A DNA stretch of 64,000 nucleotides from Chara braunii (taxonomy: Eukaryota > Plantae > Charophyceae): the NCBI GenBank assembly GCA_003427395.1, contig BFEA01000001.1, positions 8,509,301-8,573,300 on the forward strand, read 5' to 3'. Position numbers and translations under genes: made by a program. Below, piece after piece: positions 14,412 to 26,699 of the stretch. The notes under the pieces were generated by a model. That model did not search any database. It saw nothing but the letters and a program-made list of their open reading frames with translations, and was not told the origin of the DNA. Positions within the stretch are counted from its first letter, which is position 1. The number at the start of each line of letters is the position of its first letter.

Positions 14412-15395
14412 CTTTGCACCGGTCGTGTCCGCCATAGTTTGTGTGTGTTGTGAGGTCGTCTTGTTGGTCTGTGCTTGACAGAGCAGTCATCATGCCGACG
14501 GCGGCGACGAAGAAGGCGCCCGCGGAGCCCAAGGGCCCCAAGAAGAAGATGGTGACTTTCACCACTGATTGCACCAAGCCGGTCGAAGATACGATCATGG
14601 AGATTGCCTCGTTTGAGAAATACCTAGAGGATAGAACTAAGGTTGGGGGGAAGACTGGAGTTCTGGGCAATCAAATCATCGTCTCGCTGTAGAAGTCGAA
14701 GATCAACGTCACTTCGGAGAGCTTGATGTCCAAGAGGTACTTGAAGTATTTGACAAAGAAATATCTGAAGAAGCACAATGTGCAGGACTGGCTTAGGGTT
14801 ATTGCCTCGAACAAGGACAGGAATGTCTACGAGTTGAAGTACTTCAACATTCAGGACATCGAGGCAGAGGAGGAATGAGATGTGTTCTGCGGCTGCATCT
14901 GGCTTCGTTTCTGTGTGCTGTTCCTGTGTTCTTTTTTCCGTTCCTTCATGGGTGGTTTTCCCTCTCCTCCTCCAACTGTGTCTCTATTTTTTGCCCGACG
15001 ATCAATCGGTCCTTCGGTAGATCGATCGGTCGGTCTCTCGGTCGGTCGGGGTGAGTGTCTTTGAAACTGGTCGTTTCTTTCGTGACTAGATTCGCTGCAA
15101 CCGATGCAGTGAGTGCCCTTGTATCCTGTCTCGTTATCGTGGGACCTTGGCAATGGTCCCGTTATCCACGTACCAGGTGCTCTCTCTCTCTTTGTCGCGC
15201 GGGCCTCTCTGGCATGTGACCCTCGGTGGCGGCATGGCCCGCAGCTGTGTTATGGTACTTGGTAGTTCCGCAATTGGGGGCCCCATATCGAGGAAAGGAT
15301 TTTCTGTCTTTGACGTAAAGAGAACATTGTGAAGGAATATAAGTTTCATTCGCGGAAAAAAAAAAGAAAAAAAAAAAAAAGAAAAAAAAAGAAAA
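14412..15395 (+). pseudogene. RPL22: Processed pseudogene (retrocopy) of 60S ribosomal protein L22e; CDS 14492-14878 with premature TAG at 14690-14692
   Basis: Intronless MPTAATKK...[33 protein letters not shown]...[50 protein letters not shown]. Poly(A) at about 15356-15395. TSD AAACAGAGGATGGACT (14396-14411) vs AAACAGAGAATGGACT (15396-15411). Confidence 0.95.
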
Positions 15396-16106
15396 AAACA
15401 GAGAATGGACTTGAAAATGGAAGTGATCATAGAGGGGTGGAAATGTCAATGCTGAATAGTACATACAGGTTTTAGTTTTGCTTCACGGTGCACTTTTTGA
15501 GGGTATATTTTTTGTACTCACGGAAATTTGGACGGCACGTTTGTGATTTTCTTTCTCTCTGGAAACGGTAAGGTTTGTGTTCCCTAGCGCACACCTAACA
15601 CCAGGGGGCTAGCATAAACCGGATGGCGGTCAAAACAGCCAGCTTTGGACTTTCTTATAGCCCAAACAAAGCACCACCACAAGCAGCAGCCCACCATGAG
15701 CCTCAATTCTCATTCAGCTCCCTCTAAGGGAGGGTTTCTCCTTTCACAGGGTGAGGAGGAGGCAGGGGGCAGTTGTATGCACCATCTGCCACATGGGTCT
15801 ACCCTGTCAGAGGGGGTTATCCGGACGGATGGGTTTATCCCTTCCTTATTTGAGGCACCCTTGGTCTCTTATCCAATTAATAATGAGCAAGCTGCACAGG
15901 GCAACAAATGAATGTTCCCGGCAATATCACATGATCCTTCTTGCTCCCACTTGTTCCATGCTAAGAAGAGAAAACACTGACCGCACAGTCCTTTTATGTG
16001 GTAGCTCTCAGAAACCTGTCGTTCGTGGGCCTGGCCCAGCCCAACTTAGTTGTTAGCCCTGAGGGCCCACCACCCGGTTGTATGTATTATTATGTGCTTA
16101 CGAGTA

Positions 16107-16198
16107 CCATCCTCACCTGAATAGGGCACGGTCATTATAGCTGTATTGAGGGCAACTTTCAGTCCAAATACAGTAATGACCGCCATGGGGCAAGATGG
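16107..16198. mobile_element. Internally deleted copy of the TA-flanked MITE
   Basis: TA|CCATCCTCACCTGAATA...GGTCATTATAGCTGTATT...CAAGATGG|TA. Confidence 0.7.
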
Positions 16199-17435
16199 TA
16201 GTAATGCAATTTATCGAGTTCGTTCTAGTTCTTTCTGCTTCCGTTACAGCGGTGTGAACCTTGTCTGGGTTCTCTGCACTTGGATGCTGGGTAGTAATGC
16301 AATTTATCGAGTTCGTTTTGATTCCATTACAGCGGTGTGAACCTTGTCTGGATTCACTGCACTTGGATGCTGGGTCTGCGTAGGTCCTGCCTGATCATGC
16401 ACCAACCCGTGGGGTCTGACTCTTCCTGCCATCATTTTCTTATCGTCTTTAGCTGTGCCGCAGTAAGTGGGGCCCCCAACCCTTGCTGCCATTGTTATGA
16501 GCACCTGTCCATGATTGGTGGAATTTTCCTTTCCTCCTTGTCCACTTTTTAAAAAAAGTTAACTGAAAGAAAGGGATAGCTGCAAACTCTGTTGTGTTCA
16601 TCTTATCCCGTTCGGATTCCGAACTCTTGCTCTGCTTTTTTTTTTTTCTCCTGTCCTGTTGTGTAGCAATGGCTACACACCTGGGGGCCTTGACCCACTA
16701 GCATTGTTTAAAACGGTGTGCGGCGTTCTTTTCTCATTTAAAAACGCCTAAACAATGCTATTTTTCATTAAAAAATGAAAAATCACGGGACCTGACATCG
16801 ACATCATGACAGTACAAGCTGTTCATCCACACTTCCACCAACCCGGTACATCTGCATGCGACCTTCCCGCCGGCCCGTTCGCAGTCTTCCATGGAAATCT
16901 CAATATTCTCAATTTCTGCAAAAATAAAATAGCAAGGTGCGAAGCTTCAACCCCCCCCGCCCCCCCAAAAAAAACCATAGTATTGAAGCNNNNNNNNNNN
17001 NNNNNNNNNNNNNNNNNNNNNNNNNNNNNNNNNNNNNNNNNNNNNNNNNNNNNNNNNNNNNNNNNNNNNNNGACAGCCCCTACCCCTAAAAAAACCATAG
17101 TATTGAAGTTTTGGTTAACACAAAGTGGCCAACTAAATGGCCAACAAATGATTTTTAAAAAATTCGACTGGCCGACGGGCAGCTGCATCCATGAAAACAA
17201 AGACGATCCACACTAGCAGTCGATACGTGAGATGATCAACGACTCACGGATGTCACGGACGGCCGAAAACGGCGGAGCACAAGCGTAAATCGGACGTAGT
17301 GGGTCGAGGCCCCTGGGTATTGTCTGCCTTTTGGAGAGTTGGACGGTTGAAAATCGATTTAAAGATTATATGTATGTTACACGTTACAACTCGTTCACCT
17401 CTGATAGTTTTTTTTAAATGGCTCGCCCTCCTTAA

Positions 17436-17623
17436 GCCACCAGTACTTCTGAGGCACTTTTCTCTGGGGCTGGAAATGTCCTGCTCGCGAAAAAAAAAAA
17501 GAGCCGGCGTGGGCCTCCTTTTGGCTGGCGGCGCCAGCCATTTGCCCTGGAGGCTGAGCCTCGGAAGTCACTGCAGCATGCAAACCGCGATTTTGAAAAA
17601 ATGGCGGGGAAACGTTCTGGTGT
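17436..17623. mobile_element. Degenerate TTAA-flanked MITE
   Basis: TTAA|GCCACCAGTAC...GTTCTGGTGT|TTAA. Confidence 0.55.
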
Positions 17624-18239
17624 TTAAGGGCACTGGATGGAGCTGTTTAGTAGAGTGGGGAATTTGGTTCTCCAGAGGAGGGGGCCTGGCCATTTCTCTG
17701 CTGATATTTGAATCATTTCAAACGTCCGATTGATACTTCAAATTGCTCTGCTACTCTCGATTCATCTAGATTTTCGAGAGCTGTCAGGCACAGGAAATCC
17801 AGAATGTTGCCAACCTGGCTATCAAATTGCCTTGAAGTTTCTGTTATGACATGGTTGCCACTGACTGATACGCTTGAAAAAAAAAAAAAGTGAACTTGGT
17901 TGCTGAACCTCCACTCCTGGAGTGTGGCTTATGTCCGAGCCAGGGGGGGGGGGATACTTAACGTGAATTGAGGAAAATGATTTCTTGTCTGTTTTTGTAT
18001 CACTTATCTAATAAATGTTCTCTGCCAGGACATGTCGATTTGTCCCCACCAGGAAGAACGAATTGATCCGTCCCCACCAGACCGTTATGTCCAAAGTGCC
18101 ACGTCCTTGTATGCCGCCCAAAGTTTTGGGCAAGGCAGTTTGTGCAGCACAATCTTTTGAAGGTGCGGGTCCAAGGGGGAATGTATCTGACAACTGATGC
18201 AATGTTTTGCAGTCCAGTTCTTAGCTGCCACAAGTGGCC

Positions 18240-18292
18240 ATGCAGTCTCTTCTGTGCTGGGGAGGAGTACTGTGTAGCCTTATAGCACATAG
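18240..18292 (+). CDS. Candidate first coding exon of the lipase-like gene (MQSLLCWGGVLCSLIAH+R)
   Basis: GCC-ATG context. The 53 nt end in AG|GT (phase 2) and join in frame to the exon at 19685 (AG+A=Arg, then SVKT). Land-plant homologues have a short MQ...E first exon before SVKT. The donor GTCCAT is weak and similarity is limited. Confidence 0.3.
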
Positions 18293-18418
18293 GTCCATGT
18301 CAATGGGCTGCCGTTTTCCCCTAAACACAATGCATGTGCATCTTTGGACTGCCTTGAATTTTAACAAGCGGCAAGTGCTGTATTGTGGGGGTAGAGGAGC
18401 AATTAACTTTTGGGCCGG

Positions 18419-18452
<34 letters not shown>

Positions 18453-19154
18453 CGGGTGCGGCAGGCTTAATTTCGAGGATCATGTTTGGAGGTCAATTTG
18501 GGTGAGAAAGTTTTCCTTTTGTTGTTCTAGTTTCATGAGTCGGTTGAAAATGGGATGGGCAGAAAACCACACACGCGTACACACGCATACACACACACAT
18601 GTGAACACAATTAAGAAAGGGGATTCAAACACGTCTATTGTACTCCATGTTGCTTGCTATAGAGGTGAAACTGTTTCATTGTTGGATTGTCTCAACTCGA
18701 GGGCCTTCGTTGTTTGCAATGGGATTAAAGCTGCTTCGATTTTGGATCTACTCGTCTGGGTGGATTAGGAGTTGTTGTGGTGAAAATTCAAAACACACAC
18801 ACACACATACACACGTACACAAAATGTACAGGAGTATAACCCCCCTTTACTCTGCCTCCTATCATAACGTGCAAGTGTGTGATTAACACACATGGGGATG
18901 TGGGCAAGATACTTGAAGGGAAGTAATCAATCTATCGTGCTCTGCATCGCTTGCTATAGAGGTAAAACTGTTTCATCGCTGGATTGGATCATCTCAAGTG
19001 TGCTTCATTTTCTGCAATAGAGGTAAAGTTGCTTTGCTTTTGGATCTTTTCATCTGGGTGGAACAGGAGTTGTGGTGCAAATCTCCAACGCACATGCACA
19101 CACATGCACACAGACATGCACATCCACACACACACACACATGCACACGTGCACA

Positions 19155-19215
<61 letters not shown>

Positions 19216-19684
19216 NNNNNNNNNNNNNNNNNNNNNNNNNNNNNNNNNNNNNNNNNNNNNNNNNNNNNNNNNNNNNNNNNNNNNNNNNNNNNNNNNNNNN
19301 NNNNNNNNNNNNNNNNNNNNNNNNNNNNNNNNNNNNNNNNNNNNNNNNNNNNNNNNNNNNNNNNNNNNNNNNNNNNNNNNNNNNNNNNNNAGAGAGAGAG
19401 AGAGAGAGTTCTTTTTATTGGTCAGAGCTGCACTTTCACTTAGGGATCGAGGGAGAAAAGCGTTTCAGATGGTGAGAGCTGCACTTCTGATGTACATGTT
19501 GCCTTGTTCTACAGTGATTTGAATGGTCTAGTGCGGATTTTCATGTGCGTGTGTTGCCTTCCTGTGGCCTCCGTACCTGAGATGGACTTCTGATGTACAT
19601 GTTGCCTTATTCTGTAGTGATTTGACTGGTTTAGCGCTCTTTTCATGTGCGTGTGGTTCCTTCCTGTGGCCCCCGTACCTGCAG

Positions 19685-19843
19685 ATCAGTGAAGACTGTC
19701 AGTCGTGAGGGTTTCAATACGACTGTTCGGATTCTCAATGGGGTCTCTGAAGCAGTGCTGGCATTGTTTCCATCAGGGGCAAATAGTATTCATCCCCTCA
19801 GGCCGTCGTTCGGTTCTCCTACGATGCCACAGTGGATGGAAGA
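19685..19843 (+). CDS. Alpha/beta-hydrolase (lipase-like) gene, exon: SVKTVSREGFNTTVRILNGVSEAVLALFP...LRPSFGSPTMPQWME
   Basis: ctgcag acceptor and GTGAGT donor. Resembles the N-terminus of plant At1g73920-type lipases (SVKT..E..N..R..NGVS..LL...P...LRP.F..P..P.WM). Confidence 0.8.
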
Positions 19844-20209
19844 GTGAGTCCTTTCTTGTCTTGCAGCCTGTTGCTCTTTTTTGTTTTTGTTTTGTTTTCA
19901 AGGGTGACCGTGAGGTATCACCAATTGACTGGCTGGATGGGCTGGGTTTTGCTGGTTTTGCTTTTGGTTTATCAGCGATGAAGGGATGGATAGGGTTAGA
20001 GCAGTATTGTGCCTTCTTCGCTTGACCTGAATTGCACTGGGTTGTGACAAGAGCTTGCACAACCTTCTCCTGTTGTGTGTTTCTTCATTTGTTCCTCATT
20101 GGTCTAATTTTAGTGGGGTGCTATCTCCCAACTCCCGCTGTCTTGCTGCGAATGGAATTCAGGGTCATTATTGCTGTATATCTGGACTGAAAAGTTGCCC
20201 TGCCGCACT

Positions 20210-20442
20210 GAGAGGCCTATCTCAGTTGGTACACCTGTGAACTGTTGAAATACAGACCCGTGTTCGAATCCAGATGAATGACATAAAATAATTACTGAGA
20301 GGCCTAGCTCAGTTGTTACACCCATGAACTGTTTAAATACAGACCCAATCCAGATGAATGACATAAAATAATTCTGAATTACCTCGGGCCAGTCAGTTTG
20401 ACGATGATATCTTGAGGCTGTCGCCCTTTCTTTTTTTTTTTT
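20210..20442 (+). mobile_element. SINE copy with tandemly duplicated tRNA-like head
   Basis: Two heads GAGGCCTA(T/G)CTCAGTTG..ACACC...CAGACCC, followed by the body and poly-T. Confidence 0.75.
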
Positions 20443-21303
20443 TCAAGTTGCCCCCCGCCCCCATTTACAGCTATAATGACCGCGCAATCGGCTTGGCGGA
20501 AGACGGTTGTTGGTTATCTGATTGTTTCTGAAATGAAGAGATGTGCTGGAGTTTCTTAGCATCTGTAATGACCCGCCAAAAACAGACTGAGAACACTGCT
20601 GATTTCTGGGATTTGACGCTGGAATGAAAGCACTTGCAAAGAGATACAGACCAGAGAAGAGGGAAAGAAGAAGAAGAAGAAGAAGAATATTGTACACTAG
20701 CAAGACCAATGACAAATCCCCCCTTCTCTCGCCACCTTCCTCCTCCTCAACCTCTCCAATCATATTCTTCTTCCCAATAATAATAATAACAATGAGTGGA
20801 TTACACATCCGAATACAAATGCATCATGCCTGTCGAGGACAGGGGCAGAATAGGCTGCCCCATTGTGAATTGTGAGCCTGGACAGCTAGATTTCAGTGGA
20901 GGAGGTTGAACTGGCCAGGGAAGATGATGATGCATTCTCAAGCTACCGTCTCTCCCTGAATATAATGTGTAGTCACTATTGCTGTATCGGACAGATGGTA
21001 CGGGAGGTGGGTGGCAGAGGTGCAGGATCCAGCCCCAGGCCAACTTTTCACGGCATCATCATGTTGTAATTTTATGAATATAAGCCTGTATGCTCTGACA
21101 AAAAATGAATATAAGCTTATGAATATAAGCCTGTATGCTCTGACAAAAAATAAATATAAGCAAAGGGAAGTAAGTTAAAGAACTCTGATCCTGGCTGGCG
21201 ATTTGTTAGGGTGCACTAGGAGAGAGGGATCCCGTGTGCCACTGACGGCTAGTGCTTGTAGTGTTGCAGTGGGAGTTTCTGTGTTCGATAGATGACATAT
21301 ACT

Positions 21304-21408
21304 CCGTCGTCACCTGAATAGAACACCCAGTCATTATAGCTGTATTTGACACAACTTACGGCCCAGATATGGTGATAATTACCGGGCTTTCTATTCGGGT
21401 GAAGACGG
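21304..21408. mobile_element. 105-bp MITE copy, same family as 6536-6640
   Basis: CCGTCGTCACCTGAATA...GTCATTATAGCTGTATTT...TATTCGGGTGAAGACGG|TA. Confidence 0.78.
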
Positions 21409-21978
21409 TAGTGCTGTTCTACCCACCGGACTAACCTTCTCCCTCGATGTTGTGCGAGATTGCCAAAACATTGCCCATCTTCAGTTGTGTGTTTGGAGAT
21501 GGCCTCCATTTGAGGTTGTGGTAAAGTGTCGGAGTTTCAATGAGCTGCCTACGTATTTGCTGTGATTCAGTCAGTGTTCATGACCATGCCTTCGTTGTCG
21601 AGTCCGACTTGTGGTTGGAGTGTTGTGTCATGGTGCCTTTTTTAGTTTTTTTTTTTTGGTTGTATGATTCAAATTGCTGCACTCTGCTCTCTATTTGTTA
21701 TGTTCCAGTCCACAATTAATACTGGATTGGTTATCATGCAGAAGAGCACAGGTAAGCTTTTGCAGACAAATAGGTTGAGAACTTCACATTCCATGAAATG
21801 TGCATGGGAAGCCTTGGATTCGTTGAAGACTCAGCTTTTTTTTTTTCTTTTTTGTTTTTTTGCTTTGCTTTTTAAAGAGGACAGCCCCTGACATTGATGT
21901 GTTTGACAGTTGACTTCTCAATATTTGGACGTCTATATCATTCAGCCACTGTGCTGGCAACGCATGTGAGAGCATGTC

Positions 21979-22017
<39 letters not shown>

Positions 22018-22033
22018 CTCATCCCTTGCTCAT

Positions 22034-22076
<43 letters not shown>

Positions 22077-22385
22077 TTGTTTGGCGCCCTTTCTTGTGGG
22101 AGATATGTCAGGCATGACGGTGTTATCTGCCTCATCCCTTGCTCATGACATCAGGTAAAGAAGTTTCTGCAAAACCATGTCTGCTACTGATGCACACATT
22201 TGTGCCAACAGGTGAGAAGAGCAGACGTGATCCGCGAGAAAAACTGTGGCACACTGAGAAATGGATAGTTCTTGGATTATACGCCCGCCGCCTGCTTGAG
22301 ACGTGGGGTGGAAAAGGAATGTTTAGTTATCTGGCTTATTATCGTTGACTTGACTCTGACTTGAAGTTGCCTTTGCTCGTGACAG

Positions 22386-22848
22386 GGGTGTGTCATCTTT
22401 CAATACTTTCATTCTGGAACTGGTGGCCGACAGGGATTCAACGACGGAGTCATCGGGGTATGATTCAGAGGGTGCGAGTAGTTCTGATGGCTCAGGACAG
22501 TCATTACCTGCCCATCACCATCATTATCACCATCGCAACCAGTCAATGGGGCATACAAGGAGGCAAGATGCAGGTAGCAGATCAGGCATTGTTGGGAAGC
22601 TGAAGAAGACAGTGTTTGCTGTTTTGAAGGTCACACTGTGGCCCCTGATCGTAGTTGTGTGGTTGTCTAAGCGCCCGCGGAGGTCTTCAGCTGACAGAGA
22701 GAGCAATGGGGGACTGAGTAGGACGAGCAGTAGCGGCAGCTTGATGGGAATGGCTGTACGCGCAAGACGAGAGCTAGACAGGCGAGTGCATGAGATCCGC
22801 GAGTACGCAACACATCTGAACGACTATCGACGCCGAGGACTGATCGAG
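22386..22848 (+). CDS. Lipase-like gene, exon: GVSSFNTFILEL...HHHHYHH...hydrophobic segment...RRRGLIE
   Basis: gacag acceptor and GTAAGT donor, phase 2 to 0. Contains the family motifs GVSSFN.FI.EL and RRRG.IE. Confidence 0.85.
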
Positions 22849-24506
22849 GTAAGTCAACATGCATCTCCTTTGTGGTCACTGTTGGCAAGGGAGGTGGAGG
22901 AGACATTATTGAAGGAGAGAACTTGCATTCTTCTAGCCAACTGGTTGCGGCGCTGATGACAACTGTGTTTGCGTTATTTTGGCAGACATGTGGACTGTTG
23001 CTGCCGAAACCAGTTTGCATGAGAAGGGCCTACCGGTGCTCCAGAGATTTGACAGAAAAACAAGAAAAAGTCCTGTTTGGTTTGTGTCCAGTGGGACTAG
23101 GAACTCCAAATTTCTTTATTGGAACTTCCATGCGCGTACCTTACATCCAGCAGGGTTAGGTGTGCTATGCAACCTTTCAAAGTTGAGGTGCTATGCTTGT
23201 CTGGTTGTTTTTTTGGCCGTGTGTCATATATGTGCTTAGTTTGGCTATGGAGGAGTGGCACGTTGTGAAGTGAAAATTTTCTGGAGTCCTCTTGTCTTTG
23301 TCTCCCACCACGTCCGTGGAGAGCTGGTTGGGGTGGCAGGCTGTCTTGCAATGTTTCGTTAAGAAGTGGGCACTGCATGTGTGTCACACAATTGTTTTCA
23401 CCCCAGTGGCAGGCTGGCAGACAGTGGCCTGATGGCCATGATGGGCACAAGCCCCAGTGCCTTCTCAGTCTGATCTGAGCCTCGACCAACCAAAAGCACT
23501 GGATTGCACCATGTGATCTGTGCACCATCCCGCCTCTGCAACTGCGGAAAGACTTCGATGCCATCCCAGTGTAAACTGTGGATCTGTCCATGACGCTGTC
23601 CAGATGCGCCAAGATCGTCTTTTCCCACCTCTGTTGAAACTGCTAATTCCTGATCTTAACAAGTCCAAAGATCGGGACCTCACCGGACCTCTCGACTGGA
23701 GGAATGGAGTCAACGGACAGCCGCCTGAGCCAAAAGAATTGAATGTGGCTTGGACTTTTTTGATGAACGCCGTGAGCCCTAAATCCCTACTTCCCAAATG
23801 AACTTGAGATCAGTTTCAAGATTGGGACTGAACAGACTTGACTGGGCCTGACCTGACCTCCCAACTAAGAGGAAGTGCATGTTAAAGTACACAGCACTCG
23901 GTAACATAAATTTGCATGCAGCATGACACTTGGTATCAAATCTTTTGACATCAGGGGTTTGGGGCTGCCTGTACGGATCAGACCTTGAATACTTAGGGAT
24001 GGGGACGCTTGTTATGCCGTGCTTTTGAACGTTGTGCTTGCAATCCATAAATTTGCATATGGCACGGCACTCGGTAAAAACGTACTAAAAGTCTTTCCAT
24101 CTCAGGGGGTTCGGGCTGCCTGTACTCGTCAGACCTCGATGACTCCTTGCCTGGAGGAATCGGGACGGTTGGATGCCATGCACGTGAAGGTATGCGCCCC
24201 TCACAGATCACTCCGGTGGCCGTGCACCTGTCCTCATGGCATTGTGCACGACCTAATTGTTTCCCTGCTTATGTAGAGCATGGGCTGTTTTTTTGATGAA
24301 GGAATGTCTATGGGTGGCCGCAAGTTTTTTTGGGATGGGAACGTGTGTTAGGAGTGTTGGCGACACATAACTCAGTCTCTAGGTTACTCCTGGCAGTGGA
24401 AGCGGTCTGTATGGGTAAGCTAATCCTCTCTGGGTATGATCAGGTGCCCATGTCCGTGAAATGTGCCAAGATACGAGTACAGAGACCCTTTGAAATTACA
24501 CCCAAG

Positions 24507-24978
24507 CAGGGTTGCATACCCACCGCCCGCCTAACCTGTTTGACCGTTTTGCAGCCTAGGGCCGACTGGTTGGCCCAGTCAGTAAACATCCATCCACTTA
24601 TTTTTTCAAAATCTGACTATGGGGCTGTACTGCGCTTGCTGAGTACAGCCCAATCCGCTGAGAAACTTTTGGGGATGGGGGGCGGTACCGGGGGTTATTG
24701 TGGGGGGGGGAAAGGGGGGGTAGAGGGGTGTTAGAGGAGGTATTGGGGGGGGAAGGGGGGCTAGAGGGGTGTTATAGGGGGTAGAAGGGTGTTGGGAAGG
24801 GGGGTGTATGGGGATATTGGGGGGGTTATGGGGGTGTTGGTGGGGTTATTGGGGGTTACGGACTCCCAATCTTTTTTATTTTTTTTGTCCTTTTCTGGGG
24901 TGCCACTGATTCCTGATGTGTCGGCTGGTTGGCAGCCAACCCATCAGGGGGTGCCGACCGTTGGCCTGTGCAACTCTG
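24507..24978. mobile_element. Non-autonomous hAT element with G-rich core; second copy at about 42508-42953
   Basis: TIR CAG(G/A)GTTGCA. 8-bp TSD CACCCAAG (24499-24506) vs CACACAAG (24979-24986). Internal sequence is shared with 42540-42950. Confidence 0.82.
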
Positions 24979-25870
24979 CACACAAGGATGTACAATCATT
25001 GCAGATTATTGTAAACATTTTTTGAAATTGGGCAAATAAAGAGACCACAGAGGAAAGTAAGTCAGGCATGAAGCTCAGAGAACAAACTCGGGCTTTTCAG
25101 GCTCGGGTCGCAGTTTCCAAATTTCTCTTTGAGTGGCAATGCACTTACCCCTTTTGGTCCACACCTAAACTTGGGAATGCCGCCACTGCCACCCGTCAGC
25201 TCTGTTTTTGGAACAAGCCTGGTTCTGGGCTCTCCATTTAGTTGTGATGCACCGTGCGGCCCCCCGTGGTGAGCGCACCGATTTATGCGTGTACACTGTA
25301 CACAGATGCGCGATGCGCTGCACGACACTTCGATGCGCTGTGCGCCAGTGCGCTGGGGGGTGCGTGGGGCATGCGCAGGATTTTTGTTTTTTGGGGGGGG
25401 GTTGGGGGGGGGCTGTGCATAAACTTTTTTTTTGTAACTTCTCTGTACTGCATCGCAGCCGTACTGCAAAAACACAGTCAATATTAGTCTCGAACATCCA
25501 TCAAGAGCACATGAAAATTCACCGAGGAAGGTTTTGCATGCAGAGCTCACCTGTTGGTCGTATTATGCGTGCAATAGCAATGGCAGCATGTCCAGACACA
25601 GCCATCACCAAAAGCAATAACAAAATATAGGACAATCAGATCACACCAAATGGCAGCATGTTGACAGACTCCACACAGTTGAACAGCATGAAACAAATTC
25701 TAACAATCACATAAACTCAGACAAGAGTCAGAAATGTTCATCAGAATTTAGAAAATGTGCTGAACACGGAGGACAGTTGAGATTGTTAAAAGTTTGATAT
25801 TCGAAAAGCAGTAGACAATGTGAACACTACCCTGACCGGCCTGATCGACTGATTCTGCACAATGTATGGG

Positions 25871-26491
25871 CTACTCTGCCTCCTCCCCGCCAGACGACTC
25901 CTGCAACCGGTCCTCCTCGGGATTCTCCTCCGACGATGATGTGGATGATGACGATTGGGCACTTTCTTCGGACGACGATGATGTCGATCCTGAAGATTGC
26001 ATTTTGGCTTTGCCATACGGATTGTCATTGTCGTGCTTGATGACTCGGGGGGAACGCTTCCTCTTGCGCCTCACTGCTTCAGCTGCTGCATCTTTCGCTG
26101 GCTCTGCAGCATGGGTTGCTTTTGCTGCCTGGGCTGCAGCGTCTTCCTCTTCTGCAGCCTTCTTTGCAGCCTTCTTTGCAGCCTTCTTTGCAGGTGAAAG
26201 AGGAGGCTTCCCCCTCTTCCTCTTCTGTGGTGCGGCTTCATTGTCTCCCATCTTACTCTTCCTATGTGTTGACCCTGTTTCATTGGGCTCGGCTGTTACT
26301 GCCTTTCGTTTCTGCTGTGGATGCCTCGAGGCCTCCTCCCTCCCCTGCGCTTGTCGTGCCTTCATGGCACGTTCACGACCCTCCAACGTGTAAACGAATA
26401 CAGGTTTGGGCTCTCGGAGGCCCGACTTCCTTTGCAGCTCACGCACTTTGTGCTTCCCTGGCTTCGTGTTCGCGTGCCAAATGTGCTGCAC
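25871..26491 (-). other. Charged low-complexity ORF (206 aa) just downstream of the hAT transposase, probably its C-terminal extension
   Basis: Open frame with KKAA repeats, NLS-like KRKR motifs and an acidic Ser-rich end. Same strand as, and contiguous with, the transposase. Confidence 0.45.
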
Positions 26492-26699
26492 TGAACCGAG
26501 CTGAGCGATGTCGTCTCCTTATTGTTCTTTAGCCACATATGGACCACATGGCATCTCCATCATCATCATCTGCAACCTCCTCTGTGGCTGCATCAGCGGC
26601 TCTCCCTCGATGACCTGCCGGGTCTAGTTTTTGTACCACTTGTCCACCTCCATCTTGGCAAGCTCATTGTCCTTCCAAGGAAGGTGGGTGCTCTCCGTC

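Noticed and set aside
14690-14692. Stop-codon readthrough or recoding in RPL22
   Set aside because: The poly(A), TSD and lack of introns show a retrocopy, so a nonsense mutation is the simpler explanation.
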